A stretch of DNA of 57,449 nucleotides, filler included, from Sluysia triapertura (taxonomy: Eukaryota): assembly GCA_046118255.1 (NCBI GenBank). It is 5 parts of 5 records of this genome, joined end to end, with 100 filler letters (N's around TTAATTAATTAA, not from the genome) between each part and the next. Parts side by side here need not be neighbours in the genome. Positions count along the whole stretch, not along the records: positions 22,803 to 34,516 come from JBJNIA010177697.1; positions 34,617 to 45,735 come from JBJNIA010188643.1; 3 more parts are not named here. One strand, written 5' to 3'. The notes beneath the pieces were generated by a model. The model saw only the letters and a program-made list of their open reading frames with translations, searched no databases and had not been told where the DNA came from. A program made the translations under genes and the position numbers. The stretch's first letter is position 1, and every line of letters begins with the position of its first letter. Shown here piece by piece: positions 25,562 to 38,856 of this stretch.

Positions 25562-28099
25562 TTTAGTTGAAAGGCAAGGGCATAACGTCCATTAATGCGA
25601 AAAATAAATAATTCAAAAATAAATGAATAATTGTCGTGCTCTTTTGAAAAATGTAAATGAATAATAAATTCGCACAGCAAAAAAGCTAATTTGAGAATAT
25701 AATACAAAAGATGAAGACTAATAATTTTTTATAGCAACGATTTAAATTAGTTAGTTATTACAAATTTTGAGTTCATATTTTGTTAACTGGTGGAATATAG
25801 TTTTGAAATTATCGTAATGAAATTATCCATTATTTCGGGAAAACTGTTCCGGACAAGAACCTTATCTAAATCTATTATACAGTTGTAAAAGAATCAAAAT
25901 CTACTAAAAATAATTTATCTTTCTACTAGAATTATTCTAGTGTTAAAATCAATTTCAAATTAAGAGAAATCTTAATATTCACAATTATATTTATATTATT
26001 AGAAATATTGTACCACTTTCGCAGAAATTCTTTTATCTTTATATCATATTATTTGGTTACAAATATATTCGCGGTTATTATTATTATTATTATTGTTGTT
26101 AATTGCTGAAGAAGCTATAAGTTAAAGATTTTGTTGATAATACAATATTTAGAGTGGAAATAATTATACAATGAGCGACGTTAAGATTATGATTTTGATT
26201 TTTAAATATGCAATAATGTTATAAATCATAAACCTCGTTTAGTTGTAGCGTAAACAAACATGAAAAGAACCAAAAGAAAATTTCTGTTTCCAAAGATAAA
26301 AGGAATATCTAGTATCGTAAGACCATCAGTAAAAATCATATAACAATATCTTCCCAGAAGATATAAACCGTTAGTTGTAGGTAAACCCGGCAAAAACTCA
26401 TTTTGTAAATACCAAAGCATAAAAATTTAAAATAAATTAATTAAGATTAAATAATGTTAAGAGAATTTAAAAAAGTTCTAATAAAAATAATTTGAAAGTG
26501 TCACGAGTTTAAATTAAAAGATAAAGATTTATAACATAAAAAAGGTTTTTAGTACGAGTTATTAAATCAATTACTAAAACTAATTATTACAAATTTGATG
26601 ATTTCAACTTTATGAGATTTTTAAAAAATTACCTTACACATATGATTGATCGTCAAAAAAAGTAAAAATTATAGTAGTAATAATAATTGTAGTATTATAA
26701 TAATAAGTTTTTCATTTAAACAAAAATAGTGAAATTAAATTTATTTAACAGTAGTTATAAAATTGATGATAAATTCATTTAAGTCCTTTTATATCAAATG
26801 TTAGCGTCAGTGAAATAGTAATGATAGTACCAATCGAAGAATCCCAAATTTGAGTTAAGTTTTACTTATCTAAATTTGATTCGATCAATTTTTAAAGGTT
26901 TTCAACGAACAAATTTAAGAAAATTAATTATTCACAGTCGTTAGAAACAAAATATTCGAATATATTCGGTTCACGTTATCCATTCTTGTTCTGAAATTAT
27001 AACAAGGTCAACTCGCCAATCTCGAATTTTTCTAATCATATTTGTGTCTTTAATCTAATATCCATAAAAGTAGATTTTGAATTGTATTTGCCAAACCAAC
27101 TGATTGATGTGATTAATTAAATTTGCAATATTTATTCTCTGTAATAACCAATAAACGCTTTTCATTTTAAAATGATGTTTAAGTAACATATTTCTTCAAA
27201 TAACCAAAAACTTAACTTTCAATATGATTTTCTCTACTTTGTGCAGTACATCAAAAGTACACTTTTTGATTAATAAGTAAGTAACTCTTTGACAATTCTT
27301 TTAGAATTACTTAAAATAATAATTTCTTGCATTATATCTATTGATTTATATGCAAAAATCCCAATTTTCTTTACATGATAAACTGTAGCAGTGCCTTTCA
27401 TTAAAATGCCGTTTTAATCCAAAATTATCTTACAAAACGTTTTTAATTAATTTAACAAATTTATTTATACCTTAAAAATATTTTAAAGTGCTACTTATAA
27501 ATGTGTCAAGATCTTATTTACCATATTTACTGTCGCGTACGATTTATCCTTCAACCACCTTTGTTAGCATTATTGTTATTGTTAATATTATTATCAGTAA
27601 TTCCATTATTAATTATTATAATTAATTTTATTAATTTCTGTAATAATAATCATTATTATTATTTTTTAATTTTAATATAAATTTATAAATTTTGCAAGGA
27701 TTACTTTTACTTTTGTATTATTGCTTTTCGTAATTTTTATTATTAATATCGTTTTAGATCCATACTTAACAGATGTTATTACTTGCAAAACTTTGATATA
27801 GAAGGAAAAAACTCCCATTTCTGAAATAAAATCATCTACTTCTTGTTATATTATTTCCTATAAACAACCTTAAAATCATATAAATTGAACCATTAGTTGT
27901 AATAATAATAATTACATAATAATTATTATGTATCATTATTAATTGCACAATAATTGAAAAAATTTAATTTGAAATTTAAATTCAAATTATGATTATTGAA
28001 ATAAGACGTGCTTATGTGAACAAAAATAATTATAAAACGAAATTGTCAAATTTAATTAAAATATTATTAATAATTTACAATAATAAAGTAAAAGAAAAA

Positions 28100-29114
28100 T
28101 AATGTCCTGCATAAATTGATGACACCAAATCAGAATCGGTGAATAGCACTAAAAAGTCAAAGTCAAATCCGATAGGTGAGATAACAACTCTCACAAAATG
28201 AATCTCCCGAATGTCCTCTGTTGACACCAACATCAAATAATCCGCGGTCGCGCTTTTAAATTCGGGAATCCGTCAAATAAGTAAGTTGCAGAACTTCGAA
28301 ACAACATCTTTGCTGCTTTTTTGAATGAAATGCGGAAAGCACCATAATCTAAATAGCTTATTAGATAGTTGAAATATTCCTATTCCATTAGTCATAGCAA
28401 AAAAACGCATCTTGTATTTACGTATCGCCATTCTTCTGAATTCAAATTAGAATTCCAGTTTTCAGTCATCCTTGAACTTCTGGTTATAAAGTAACTCCTC
28501 GCATAAAATTATTTTTATATAGATCTTTTTCCTTTTTTAATTGTCATTTCGTAGGTATAAAACGTTTTAAAGTTTAAAGACGTTCTTTTAAAATTATTTA
28601 CCTATATAACTGCTTTTCTTTTACAAAGTTTTTATACTTTTATCTTTAATATTTAAACAATTCATTTTGTTAAACGATTCTTTTTTGAAAACTTGTTGCA
28701 AAAATTTACAAATATACTCCAATAAATTATAGTTATATATTTCAGATATACTTCTGATAATGGTTTTAATGTCTTCTACATATTCTTCAATATTAAATAA
28801 ATTCTGATGGCCTGTTTCATATAATTGATTAGTGTAATTTTCAGACACTAATTCCTGAGGTAATTCACGAAAAATAATTTCAAAAGAGACGCAACCGCAA
28901 GAACATTAGTACCATTATTAATAGTAGGAACACATGCTTCTTCAAACATTGTTTTTATATTATCAATAGCTTTCATATTTCCTCTGACGCGGAATAAAAC
29001 TTTCCGTCTCAATACCATTAAGAAACAAAAAAATAACAATAAAAAAGGTAACGTACAACAAGCATAATATTAAATAAAAATAGTACATTTTTTATTCTGC
29101 TTTGCTTTAAACAT
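28100..29114 (-). pseudogene. RhoGAP-domain pseudogene (FAM13/ARHGAP-like)
   Basis: After an acceptor (ttgtag) comes ATG at 29114 (MFKAKQNKKCTIF). Re-threading frameshifts gives LPFFIV...NGIETE(S)/LFRVRGN...NVLAVASLLKLF/RELPQELV...NYNLLEYICKFLQQV...NKMN, the RhoGAP core with its arginine finger. At least two frameshifts (near 29000 and 28872) and a stop at 28621-28623. The 3' limit is approximate. Confidence 0.8.
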
Positions 29115-29591
29115 AATCTACAAATAGAAACAGAAAAAGAGAATGCGGTGAATACTTTCGAAAGTGATGCTGAGGCGGAACAGATAATGCGACATTCACG
29201 GAAAAAATTATGATATTAACATAATAAATTGTGGAAGTTTAAATGTTGGTTTTTATTTTAAGTTTTGTGGTTGGTGGAACACGATATTGGGTTACAAAAT
29301 GTAAGAAATAGGTGAATTTTATATACATTTGTAGTTGTACGTGGTAACAAAAACGAGATATATGAGTAGGACATCACATTAATATCTACAGCTAATTTTA
29401 TTTATTTAACAACGAACTTATGATATGACATTTAAGTAAACAAACATGCATATAGCTTTCGAAAAATATTTACATGACAGGTTGACCTAATTAATGGATA
29501 TTATTTAAAATTGTAATAATAATATAATATATAAAATATATGATAAAATAATAAACTATGATCACTTTTATAATGTTCAATTTTCTCTCCA

Positions 29592-30032
29592 TTGGGTTGA
29601 TGCATAAATTCGTGCGGTTTTATTTGTTGCAAAGAAAACACATCGACTTATTGTTTTAACTGATTTGAGTTATATATTCATTCAGCTGAATTAAATCATT
29701 TCAGACTAACTTTCACCTTCATTACCCTCATTAAAAAGTGAACATTTCCAATATCTAATCCAACAGATTTTTAATTTTTCCTAACCATCTTTCTGGTCTC
29801 ACATTTGAAAACGAAGAAGCAATAACAATGTAGATTGAATAATTTTTCGACCAAAAATTGACAAACTGCCAGAATAGTGGAAGGAAGTAATCGATTATGG
29901 CAGAGAATATCTCACCAATTGAGACTGAGATATTTGTTTTTTCTAATGATTTAATAAATTCATTTTGTTATCTGGAATTTGTTGCATGTTTCATGATTGT
30001 AAAAAACCACACGAACTTATACACCAACCCAA
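29592..30032 (+). mobile_element. Internally deleted mariner (DD34D-type) element, 441 bp
   Basis: About 30-bp TIRs TTGGGTTGATGCATAAATTCGTGCGGTTTT and (reverse complement) TTGGGTTGGTGTATAAGTTCGTGTGGTTTT, resembling cecropia/mellifera-type ends. TA at right (30033-30034), CA at left. Transposase C-terminal relic NHLSGLTFENEEAI...KIDKLPE*WKEVIDYGREY. Confidence 0.88.
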
Positions 30033-31153
30033 TAGTATTTTTTGATATTTTAATTATTTGTAATTTATTAGTGTTTCCACAATAAGAATCATGCTTCATG
30101 GAAATTCATTTCATCATTGAATTTGCAGTAATAAATAAATTTCGTCGACTTCCAATTTGTGATGAACAATCTCCTTATCTTACCAATACAACCAAATCAA
30201 AATTCATAGTAATGTTTACTGTTTAGGTATTATATCAACTTAGATTAAACATTAAATCAATTTTTTACACAATAATTTTTAATATAATATGTCATGCGTT
30301 AACAGTACGTTTTACGTCGATTTCAATAACCTATCTGAATTGGTATCTTAATGAACATTAATTTAATATATACTTTAATTATTCATATAAATTTAGCTTT
30401 ACATTATAGAAAAGTAAATAAATTTTGAAAATAAATAATTATAGAAAAATAAATAAATAATTAAAATAAATACTTTTGCGTTATCTATGTCGATGTGTTG
30501 CATATCATTTCAATATTAGTAATACTGATGAATTTCCACATTATACTTAGTTTATATATATTATTTTATCATGCAGAGGTATTTGATATAAAACAATTTT
30601 TAATTAAATTAATTAATAAATAGTTGTAACTGCCAAGTTGTGAATATGAGTGATTAAAGAAGACCTGGAATTGAGTAGACCTTGGGAATCTTGTTAGTGA
30701 ACCCTTGTGAGGTATTTGAAATCTTCAAAACATTCAAGAAATAAAATCATGGTTACTGGTATTAAAGATAAATTTGATACATTAATAATTAACACAAAGA
30801 AAAAGGAAGCAGAGTGGTGAAGATAAAAACATCTAGAATGAGTACCTTATAAAATACTAAACATTGACCTTTAAACATTGAATCCGCAAGCACGTTCGAA
30901 TAAATAATACAGCAAATTCGACCATTCCTCTGCCAACTGAATCAGCGTGTACTATTTCATTGTAGTAAATCGATTAGATCGATATCAGTTATGAAGAAAG
31001 ATTCTTGCTTCGATTTAGGATCACTGAGAACATTCGTAAACCTAAAAATAATCTGGTTTGGCTACACGACTAAATGATTAAGATTTAGAGTGGATTTTAC
31101 TATTATTATTATCATTATTATTATTATTACAACTAAATTGTCACGTCACTTAG

Positions 31154-31222
31154 AAAATGAAATTGTCTGATGAAATATACAAGTATCGCGATACCTTGGA
31201 AACAGTGTTTCGAATTCTTGAC
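31154..31222 (+). CDS. Exon fragment resembling the pre-EF-hand segment of PPEF/rdgC phosphatases, truncated by a gap
   Basis: Acceptor cacttag|; translation KMKLSDEIYKYRDTLETVFRILD fits the PPEF pattern LxExLYRxRxxLExIFRIID leading into an EF-hand loop. Only 23 codons visible. Confidence 0.5.
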
Positions 31223-31577
31223 NNNNNNNNNNNNNNNNNNNNNNNNNNNNNNNNNNNNNNNNNNNNNNNNNNNNNNNNNNNNNNNNNNNNNNNNNNNNNN
31301 NNNNNNNNNNNNNNNNNNNNNNNNNNNNNNNNNNNNNNNNNNNNNNNNNNNNNNNNNNNNNNNNNNNNNNNNNNNNNNNNNNNNNNNNNNNNNNNNNNNN
31401 NNNNNNNNNNNNNNNNNNNNNNNNNNNNNNNNNNNNNNNNNNNNNNNNNNNNNNNNNNNNNNNNNNNNNNNNNNNNNNNNNNNNNNNNNNNNNNNNNNNN
31501 NNNNNNNNNNNNNNNNNNNNNNNNNNNNNNNNNNNNNNNNNNNNNNNNNNNNNNNNNNNNNNNNNNNNNNNNNNNNN
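31223..31577. other. Sized scaffold gap (355 N, no linker)
   Basis: N run lacking the TTAATTAATTAA core, so a within-scaffold gap. Confidence 0.95.
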
Positions 31578-31975
31578 ATATACTTATAATAATAATAATT
31601 TATATTATTATCATTATAATTTATAACGTTTTAATGACATAAGTAAATAAAAATTTCTTTTGCACAAACAAATAAAGAAATAAACAATTTTTAAATTATC
31701 TAAACTCTTTAAATAAAAAACCTGATGTTTTGTTAATTCATTTTGTTCCGTAAAAACGAATCTGAACAGTAATAATATTATTACTATTATTACTATTATA
31801 TCACTATTAAATTTTACACAAAATTTTAGTTTTTTGCAAGTTTTGAAATGTAATACACCAATTTTAGTGTATTTTTCGTTAATGTTACTTTTAATATTAT
31901 ATTGATAATATTATATTAATATTATATTGATAATTGAAAAGTATAATTATTAACTATTGTTATTTTTCGGTTCAG

Positions 31976-32403
31976 GTGATTTTTGTGAGTTACCGCATAG
32001 CGTTTGTATGAAAAATCTGTGTCAAAATGGTGCCACTTGTGCACCTTTTAGTGATAATTCAGGCTACACATGTATATGTCCGGTGGGTTGGCAAGGTACG
32101 TATTGTGAAACAAGAATAAATAATTGTAATCACAATCCGTGTCAAAATGGTGGTACGTGTACAAGCCTACCAAATTTTCGTTATGAATGTTCCTGTCCAC
32201 AAGGTTATCTAGGAATGGATTGTGAAATTAAAAACCATTGTGCTTCGAATATGTGCGGTCGTCATGGTCGCTGTGTTTCTTTTGCTGATTCAAATAAGCC
32301 GCATTGTATTTGTGATCGTGGTTACACTGGACCCAATTGTAATGACGATATCAACGAGTGTTTAAACAATCCTTGTGATAACAATGCTACATGTATAAAT
32401 ACT
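31976..32403 (+). CDS. Internal exon with tandem EGF-like repeats (Notch-like; partial gene)
   Basis: Acceptor ttcag|GT at 31975/31976 and donor ACT|GTAAGT at 32403/32404. Three complete 6-Cys EGF repeats (CQNGATC, CQNGGTC with O-fucose consensus) and the start of a calcium-binding EGF (DDINECLNNPC). The non-cb to cbEGF order recalls N-terminal Notch repeats, but Crumbs/Jagged-like proteins are not excluded. Confidence 0.85.
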
Positions 32404-32949
32404 GTAAGTTATTTTTATATGTGTTTTGTTGAATCTTTGTAACCAATCACAAAAATTCTGCAAATTTTGTATTTTTTAAATAGATAAATGAAATTTTTGA
32501 TAAAATCAATTATTTTGACTTTATTCATATACTTTTTAAAAATTTCTTTTTCACTTCAGATTAGTCTTTCAAAGTAGTTTTTAGAGAATTAAGAAAAAAC
32601 AGCAAAGTTCATTGTGATTGATCAATCTTTTTTCAGGTTTAAATAGCAGTGTAACATTAAAATTAAACTTAGAATTATAAATACTACTAACAAAAAGTAG
32701 TTAAAACTTACAGAAATAACCTTAAAAGTTATTACATTATAAGTATTTTAAAAATGTTTTCTTATTCGTATAAAAACTCTAATTTAAATTAATATGTTAA
32801 AATCTACTTCGTAATAAATGCAATATCATTCTAGAAGTTGTTTTAAGGCATTACAGTATGGGTAATACACACCTGAAATTGAACTTTACTAGGTGTTTAG
32901 CAAAGAATATTAATCTTTAGAATGTTGACATCTTTTTGTTCAAATAAGC

Positions 32950-33240
32950 AAGTATAGTGCTTGAGGATATGGACACTGAACAAAGTTACTGTGTTACTAA
33001 CAAACAAAACCGTATAATGGCATATATATGTACTGTTTCTGATAGTTGTGCAAGTCCTAAATATCAAAATAACTGAAAAGATCTTTTAATAATAGTGTTT
33101 GCACATTATTTACAGCATGGAGAACATCTAAATTTTGCTATAGTACATAGGAGCACCCTAAAAACGTCACTGTTTAAATAAATACCTTTTTGTTGTTAAA
33201 CTGCCCCATTGTTAGTTCACGGTTACTTATTCTCAAAGAA
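32950..33240 (+). mobile_element. Possible decayed DDE transposase fragment (Sola-like)
   Basis: Translation ...ICTVSDSCASPKYQNN* resembles the SDxCxxQNKN catalytic-Asp motif of Sola-type transposases; stops present, no TIRs found. Confidence 0.3.
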
Positions 33241-33723
33241 CTACTAATGTTTTATTCTTTAATTTAGCGCCAAAACAAAGCACAGTTTTATTTTAATGAA
33301 TAAAACCATACGTTATCAAATAATAGAAATTTATTATTATTATTATTATTATCATAAACTAATTACTTTGTTTTTAATTATTTTAATTATTTTTTAGTTT
33401 TACTTTGAGAAAATTGAAAATATTTTCCGTGTGACCTGTATTTTTAATGATTTAATTTGTAAATAATTATTTTAATAAAGTATTTAATTATTATAATTAC
33501 AATTATTTATACTTAATTATTATAAATTTTTATTAGACTCAATATATAATTATAATAATCGTTATGATAAAGATTTTATTATTGTTATTGTAATACTAAT
33601 ATTTATATATTATTATTAATATTATTATTTTATTTGTATTATATTATAACATTGTTAAGTTAATAATATCTTTTCAATATCACTTAAATGATTTTCACAA
33701 TACGACAAATTTAATAGACATAT

Positions 33724-34340
33724 TTAGTATCTAAAAATGTTCAAAATGTGTCCACCGTAAACTTCAATACAAGCACGACATCTTTCTGGCAGGTTTCCTC
33801 TAAAATTTGGTTCAATTCGTGCTGAATACTTTGTTTTAGTTGATTAATTGTCTTAGGCTTTTTAACATAAACTGCGTTCTTTAGAAGTCCCCATAGAAAA
33901 AATCAGGCGGTGTCAGATTCGTAGATCTGGCAGGTCATTCAGAGTCTAATCCAATTCAAGCTATTGTTCAAAATTGGGGAACTCATTAACAACGGAACAC
34001 ATTTTAGTCTTCAGTTTATCAATGTTACGTTCAAATTTGGATACAAGATTGAACATTGTCGACTTACTCTGAAGTTTTGTTCCCATCTTTCTTGCATAGT
34101 AATTCTTAATAACGAAAATACATTCGTTTCAATCTAAAGTGCTTTGTTGCACTTTTAAGAATGACAATCCAGAAGCACACGCTGAACAAAATGCAAGCAA
34201 AGATGTCAGAACAAAAGTCATTCCAAAGACTACTATTCGTAGAAGGAAATGAATAGTTGTGAAGAAAACATAAACTGCCGTTTTTGATATCTAATTTTTA
34301 TTTACATTTGCGGTTGGTTTATTTTTGAAACGCCCAAAAT
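33724..34340 (-). mobile_element. Decayed Tc1/mariner-superfamily element (PxRSPDLTPxDFFLWG class, DUF4817-type N-terminus)
   Basis: Minus strand with frameshifts: ECIFVIKNYY...SKSTMFNLVSKFER, then PARSTNLTPPDF/LWGLLKNAVYVKKPKTINQLKQSIQHELNQI...ERCRACIEVYGGH. One TIR-like end GGGCGTTTCAAAAA at about 34322-34335; central catalytic region deleted. Confidence 0.8.
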
Positions 34341-34438
34341 TATATTATTAGCTAAAATTAAATTAGAACTCATTTCTGATGTTAGAGATGAAATTACAAA
34401 TAATTCTCTACTACTCAGAAACAATTGAGTACTCTTGT

Positions 34439-34516
<78 letters not shown>

Positions 34517-34616
34517 NNNNNNNNNNNNNNNNNNNNNNNNNNNNNNNNNNNNNNNNNNNNTTAATTAATTAANNNNNNNNNNNNNNNNNNNNNNNNNNNN
34601 NNNNNNNNNNNNNNNN
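34517..34616. other. Artificial contig-joining spacer N44-TTAATTAATTAA-N44
   Basis: 100 nt, core at 34561-34572. Confidence 0.97.
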
Positions 34617-35959
34617 GATTGTGTATTGTTGTTTTATGTGATGAATTGTGTGGTGAGTGTAGTTGCAGAGTATGGTTGTGATAAATTTTATTTTAATAAA
34701 ATTGTTTTAAATCTTAATTTGTGGGGTTAGCCACTACATAAATAACTTACCAATTATCATGGAATAAAAGAACTGAAAATTTCCAAAGTAATTTATCTTC
34801 AAATAATTAATTCAGACAACTGTTGCGGATTTTGTGAAAAAATTCTTCCAAATATGAATAATGAATTGTATGTTGTCATTGTTTCGTGTTCTCTGTCTAG
34901 TAATCGATAATGTTTTTTAGTAATAAAAAAATAATAATTCTGAATCGTTAATTGTGATTTAAACTAAACTAATTCCAGTATGTATTCTAGAATTTACTAT
35001 TTCTTTTTTAGAAAATTAACATAATTTCGTATTTTGTATCCTAACAGCATCATGATGACTTACTTACAATATTTAAAATATAACATTTTTGTCGCTATAT
35101 CTATAACGAAATACGTCTTCATTATCGGACTATTGATACAAAATAATTTTTTTGTTTTCATAAAGAACTCATGAAATTAAATTCATTTCATGATGCATTT
35201 GTAAAGGATATTGAATGTCTTTATATGTACTCCACAAAGGAAAATATTAAAAGTGAAAAAAATAAAACATTAAAGAATCATTTATACTCACCCCCTCCAA
35301 CTTTACCACCAACTAATGTATGATTATTGTTACGGTGCAAGGATTCCAATGACCAAAATTAGAATTAAGGGTACGAAATTTTCACTTTGATTGATGCAAA
35401 AACTTACTTCCTTAATAAATGAATTCTTCTTAACGAATGCTGAACTCAAAAATTTCATGAATCATTTATCTAACATTTGACATTATGAAAATTCATCGTG
35501 AACTAGAAAAAACAATTTTGATATAAAATTAAGATTTATGTAGCATTGCCTGAATACATGAATAAATTGTTTATTTAATTCTTTAAGGCTCACTTTTCAT
35601 TTAGAATTGGCAAATTTTAAAAATATATCCATTATACATGTTGTTTTAATTCATGTTTCAGGTAAATAAAAATTTACCACAAAATCTGTTCACATTGTCA
35701 TTGTATTATGATTTTAATCAATTCAATCATTCATAAATTTTTTAAGAAAAATTTACGTAACCCTTACTTAATATAAACAGCTTCAGCTTGCCTTAGATAA
35801 GTAAAATCTGAAAATATATTTTTAAAAATGTCTACATTAATCAATATAAACATGTGCATAAAACCAAGCGGCAGTAAAAACCATAAAAATGAATCCAATT
35901 ATCAAAGAAATAAGAATAGTAGTAATCTAAATATAGAAAAATTAATCAAATCAACTTAA

Positions 35960-38814
35960 TCATAATTCCTCCAATTTAAATATAGAATTATCGGTTTGAA
36001 TTTTTTTAATTTTTTCATAAATCTTTACTGCCGGGCCTAATTTAATATTTAACTCTGTAAGTACATCAATTCGTTTCATCAACAATAAGCAAGCACCATC
36101 GATTTCTTGTTCACGGAATGAATTTGATTGACTACTGAAACCTTCCTCTGACAACCAGTCACAAACGTGTTCTACCGTCCATTTCGTGACATCAGAAGGG
36201 CGCAGCGTTGGTGCATGAATTATTGGAAATTGCGCATGTGTTGTGGAAGTGGATATTTGACTAGGGATAGTAGATGAACTTGTATTCATTGCACTGGACA
36301 TTGAATGGGAATGTTTTGATGAATTCACATTTTCTTTATCCAACGAAAAATTTCTGTAATGTTATTAAGTAAAATTTTAATTTTAAGCAATTTCACGAAT
36401 AACAAGCAATAGCCAATAAAATTATGATATTGAGAAAGTAAAACAAATATTCAAAATCATTGTGAAAGAGGTAGCTAACTAATTTTTTCAACTCATTGAC
36501 AAGTCAAAATCTTTACTATTATTAAATTATTTTTAATGTAAAAATCATCTTTTTTGAAATCCGAATATACTACAGTAACAATAGGTCTGAATTATTAAAT
36601 GTTTACTTTCATCTTGAAAGAGGTACTACAAATTCAATCTACTAGAAACTTATATAATCAAATTTCTAATGTATTTATATATTGTTCTTGTTTAAACTTA
36701 AAATCAAACCACGTAATTTCTTAAACTACTTTTAATAGTAATCAATAATTACGAAAAAGTAAACAAAACTTACTTCACTGCAGAATCATTCAGAGAACTT
36801 TCTGTTTTTATTTTATCCAGATTATTATCATTACCTTTCTTGTTATTGTGTAATTTAGTTTCTATATTTTCATTATTTTGATTCTGATTAATGATATTAT
36901 TATTGTTGTTGTTGTTATTATTATTACTATTATTATTATTATTATTATTATTATTGGTGGTATTATTACCAGATGTCGATATGTGTTGATTATTACTATT
37001 ATTACAAAGAACTTGTTTAACAGATTCGTCAGTTCGTATTCGAAAACCTTCATCGTAGCAATTACAACAAATCCACGCTGAATTTCTGGAAATAGGTTCC
37101 TGGATCTTAGGATTGTGACAATTTGAGTGAAAGCCTTTATCACAACCATCACAAATATATACCGGTTCCTAAAGAATTATTTTAAGCATATATTATATTA
37201 TTAATATTTGTTACTTATTATGATAAGTAGCTTATATTATAAAAATATATTCTAACTTTTGAACTTTTATCATTACAAATTGAGCAAGTTTTACAAGCAC
37301 TGCATTGCCACAACGATTGCCGAGCACGTTCGGTTAATTCTGGCCAATAATGAAGGCAAGAAGGATGAACTAAAATGAATATATTTATTGTTTGAAATTG
37401 TTCATATAACTTTTATTTCTTATTATCATTCTAATAATCAAATCCAAAACTATAAGTAGCATTTTAAAACAAATATAATTGAATTTTACAATCAGAAATG
37501 ATAGTACACAAAATAATTAATATCGGAATTTATTTTTATATTTTAATATTTTTTGATTTTTGGCAAGTCACTTGAGAAAGATTTTGAAATTTTTGATTAC
37601 CAAAAATAATAATGATTGTGAGCCTAATGAATTTTATTTCGTTATCCATTTGTAATTTAAGTATGCTCTATTTAATGCATACTCAATTTCAATCTTCATA
37701 AAAATCTAGCTTTATTAAGCTCAAATAAAAAAATTATAGTTTCACATAAAATTTTATCAATTGTATAAACAATGTTCTCAAACTGAAGGAAGAGGATTAA
37801 TTTAATTCATTTTCTAAAAATAGAAACAAACCTTTGATTGGACAATCTCTGCAATATAGAAATTTTTCAAAATCTGTCTCAGGCAAGCGACATTCAGAGC
37901 ATAAATCGATAATACACGTAGATCCAACTGCTGGAATTGTTTGATCTGAATTCGTAACACTAATCACTGAACATGCCGATGAGTCAAGCGTGCTTGTGCT
38001 TATGGGAGGACCACCACCACCACCACAAATAATTGATGAAGTTGATGTTTGATTTTGTTCACTGATACAACACGACGAATCCAATTTAGGTTTCTATTAT
38101 TAGTAAATTCATATGAAAAAAGAAAAATTTTTAGCGAAAAGGATGATTCATTATACTTGTATAAATATCATGTGACCCTAAACAGTTATATAATAAACAC
38201 ACATACACACATACACACACTAATTTAAAAAACATTAACGGGTTATAACATAATCAAACAAATACGAAGTGAAAATGGAAAAACACTTAGCGCAATTTTA
38301 ATAATATACATAATCAGTTGGATGAATTTATAAAATAATAATTTATAAAAAAGAATCATAAAAAGGAAAGAAAAATCATATTTATGCATAAGAGGGAGAG
38401 AAACTAAATTTCCTGTAAAAATCTTTCAGTAACAAGGCGATTTTGAAATATCCAATCAAATTAAAACTAATTTATTGACAAAATCTCAAATGGATTTGAT
38501 CAAACCAATTAGATTTCATCAGTCATTAAAAACTTTGTATGCATTTCTAATTAAATTGAAATGACTGGAAAAATGAAATATAAATAAATAATAGTCTATC
38601 ACTGGTGTGGTTACTATGTAAAATTAAAAACACCCTCAATTATCACATACCTTTCCTGAATTTGCACCGTTGAAATTGTTAGTTTCACTTGGATCACATC
38701 GCTTATTCTTTGAACCAGGTGGCCGTCCACGTCTACTACTTTTTATCACATTATTACTGCTACTATTACCATTATTATTATTAATATTATTATTACTGCT
38801 ATTACTACTACTAC

Positions 38815-38856
<42 letters not shown>

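Noticed and set aside
31157-31642. 161-aa and 139-aa ORFs
   Set aside because: Length is an artefact of reading through Ns; only the first ~22 codons are real sequence.
36862-37152. Poly-Ile ORFs on both strands
   Set aside because: Wrong frames over exon 4; the spliced frame encodes PHD2 plus poly-Asn.
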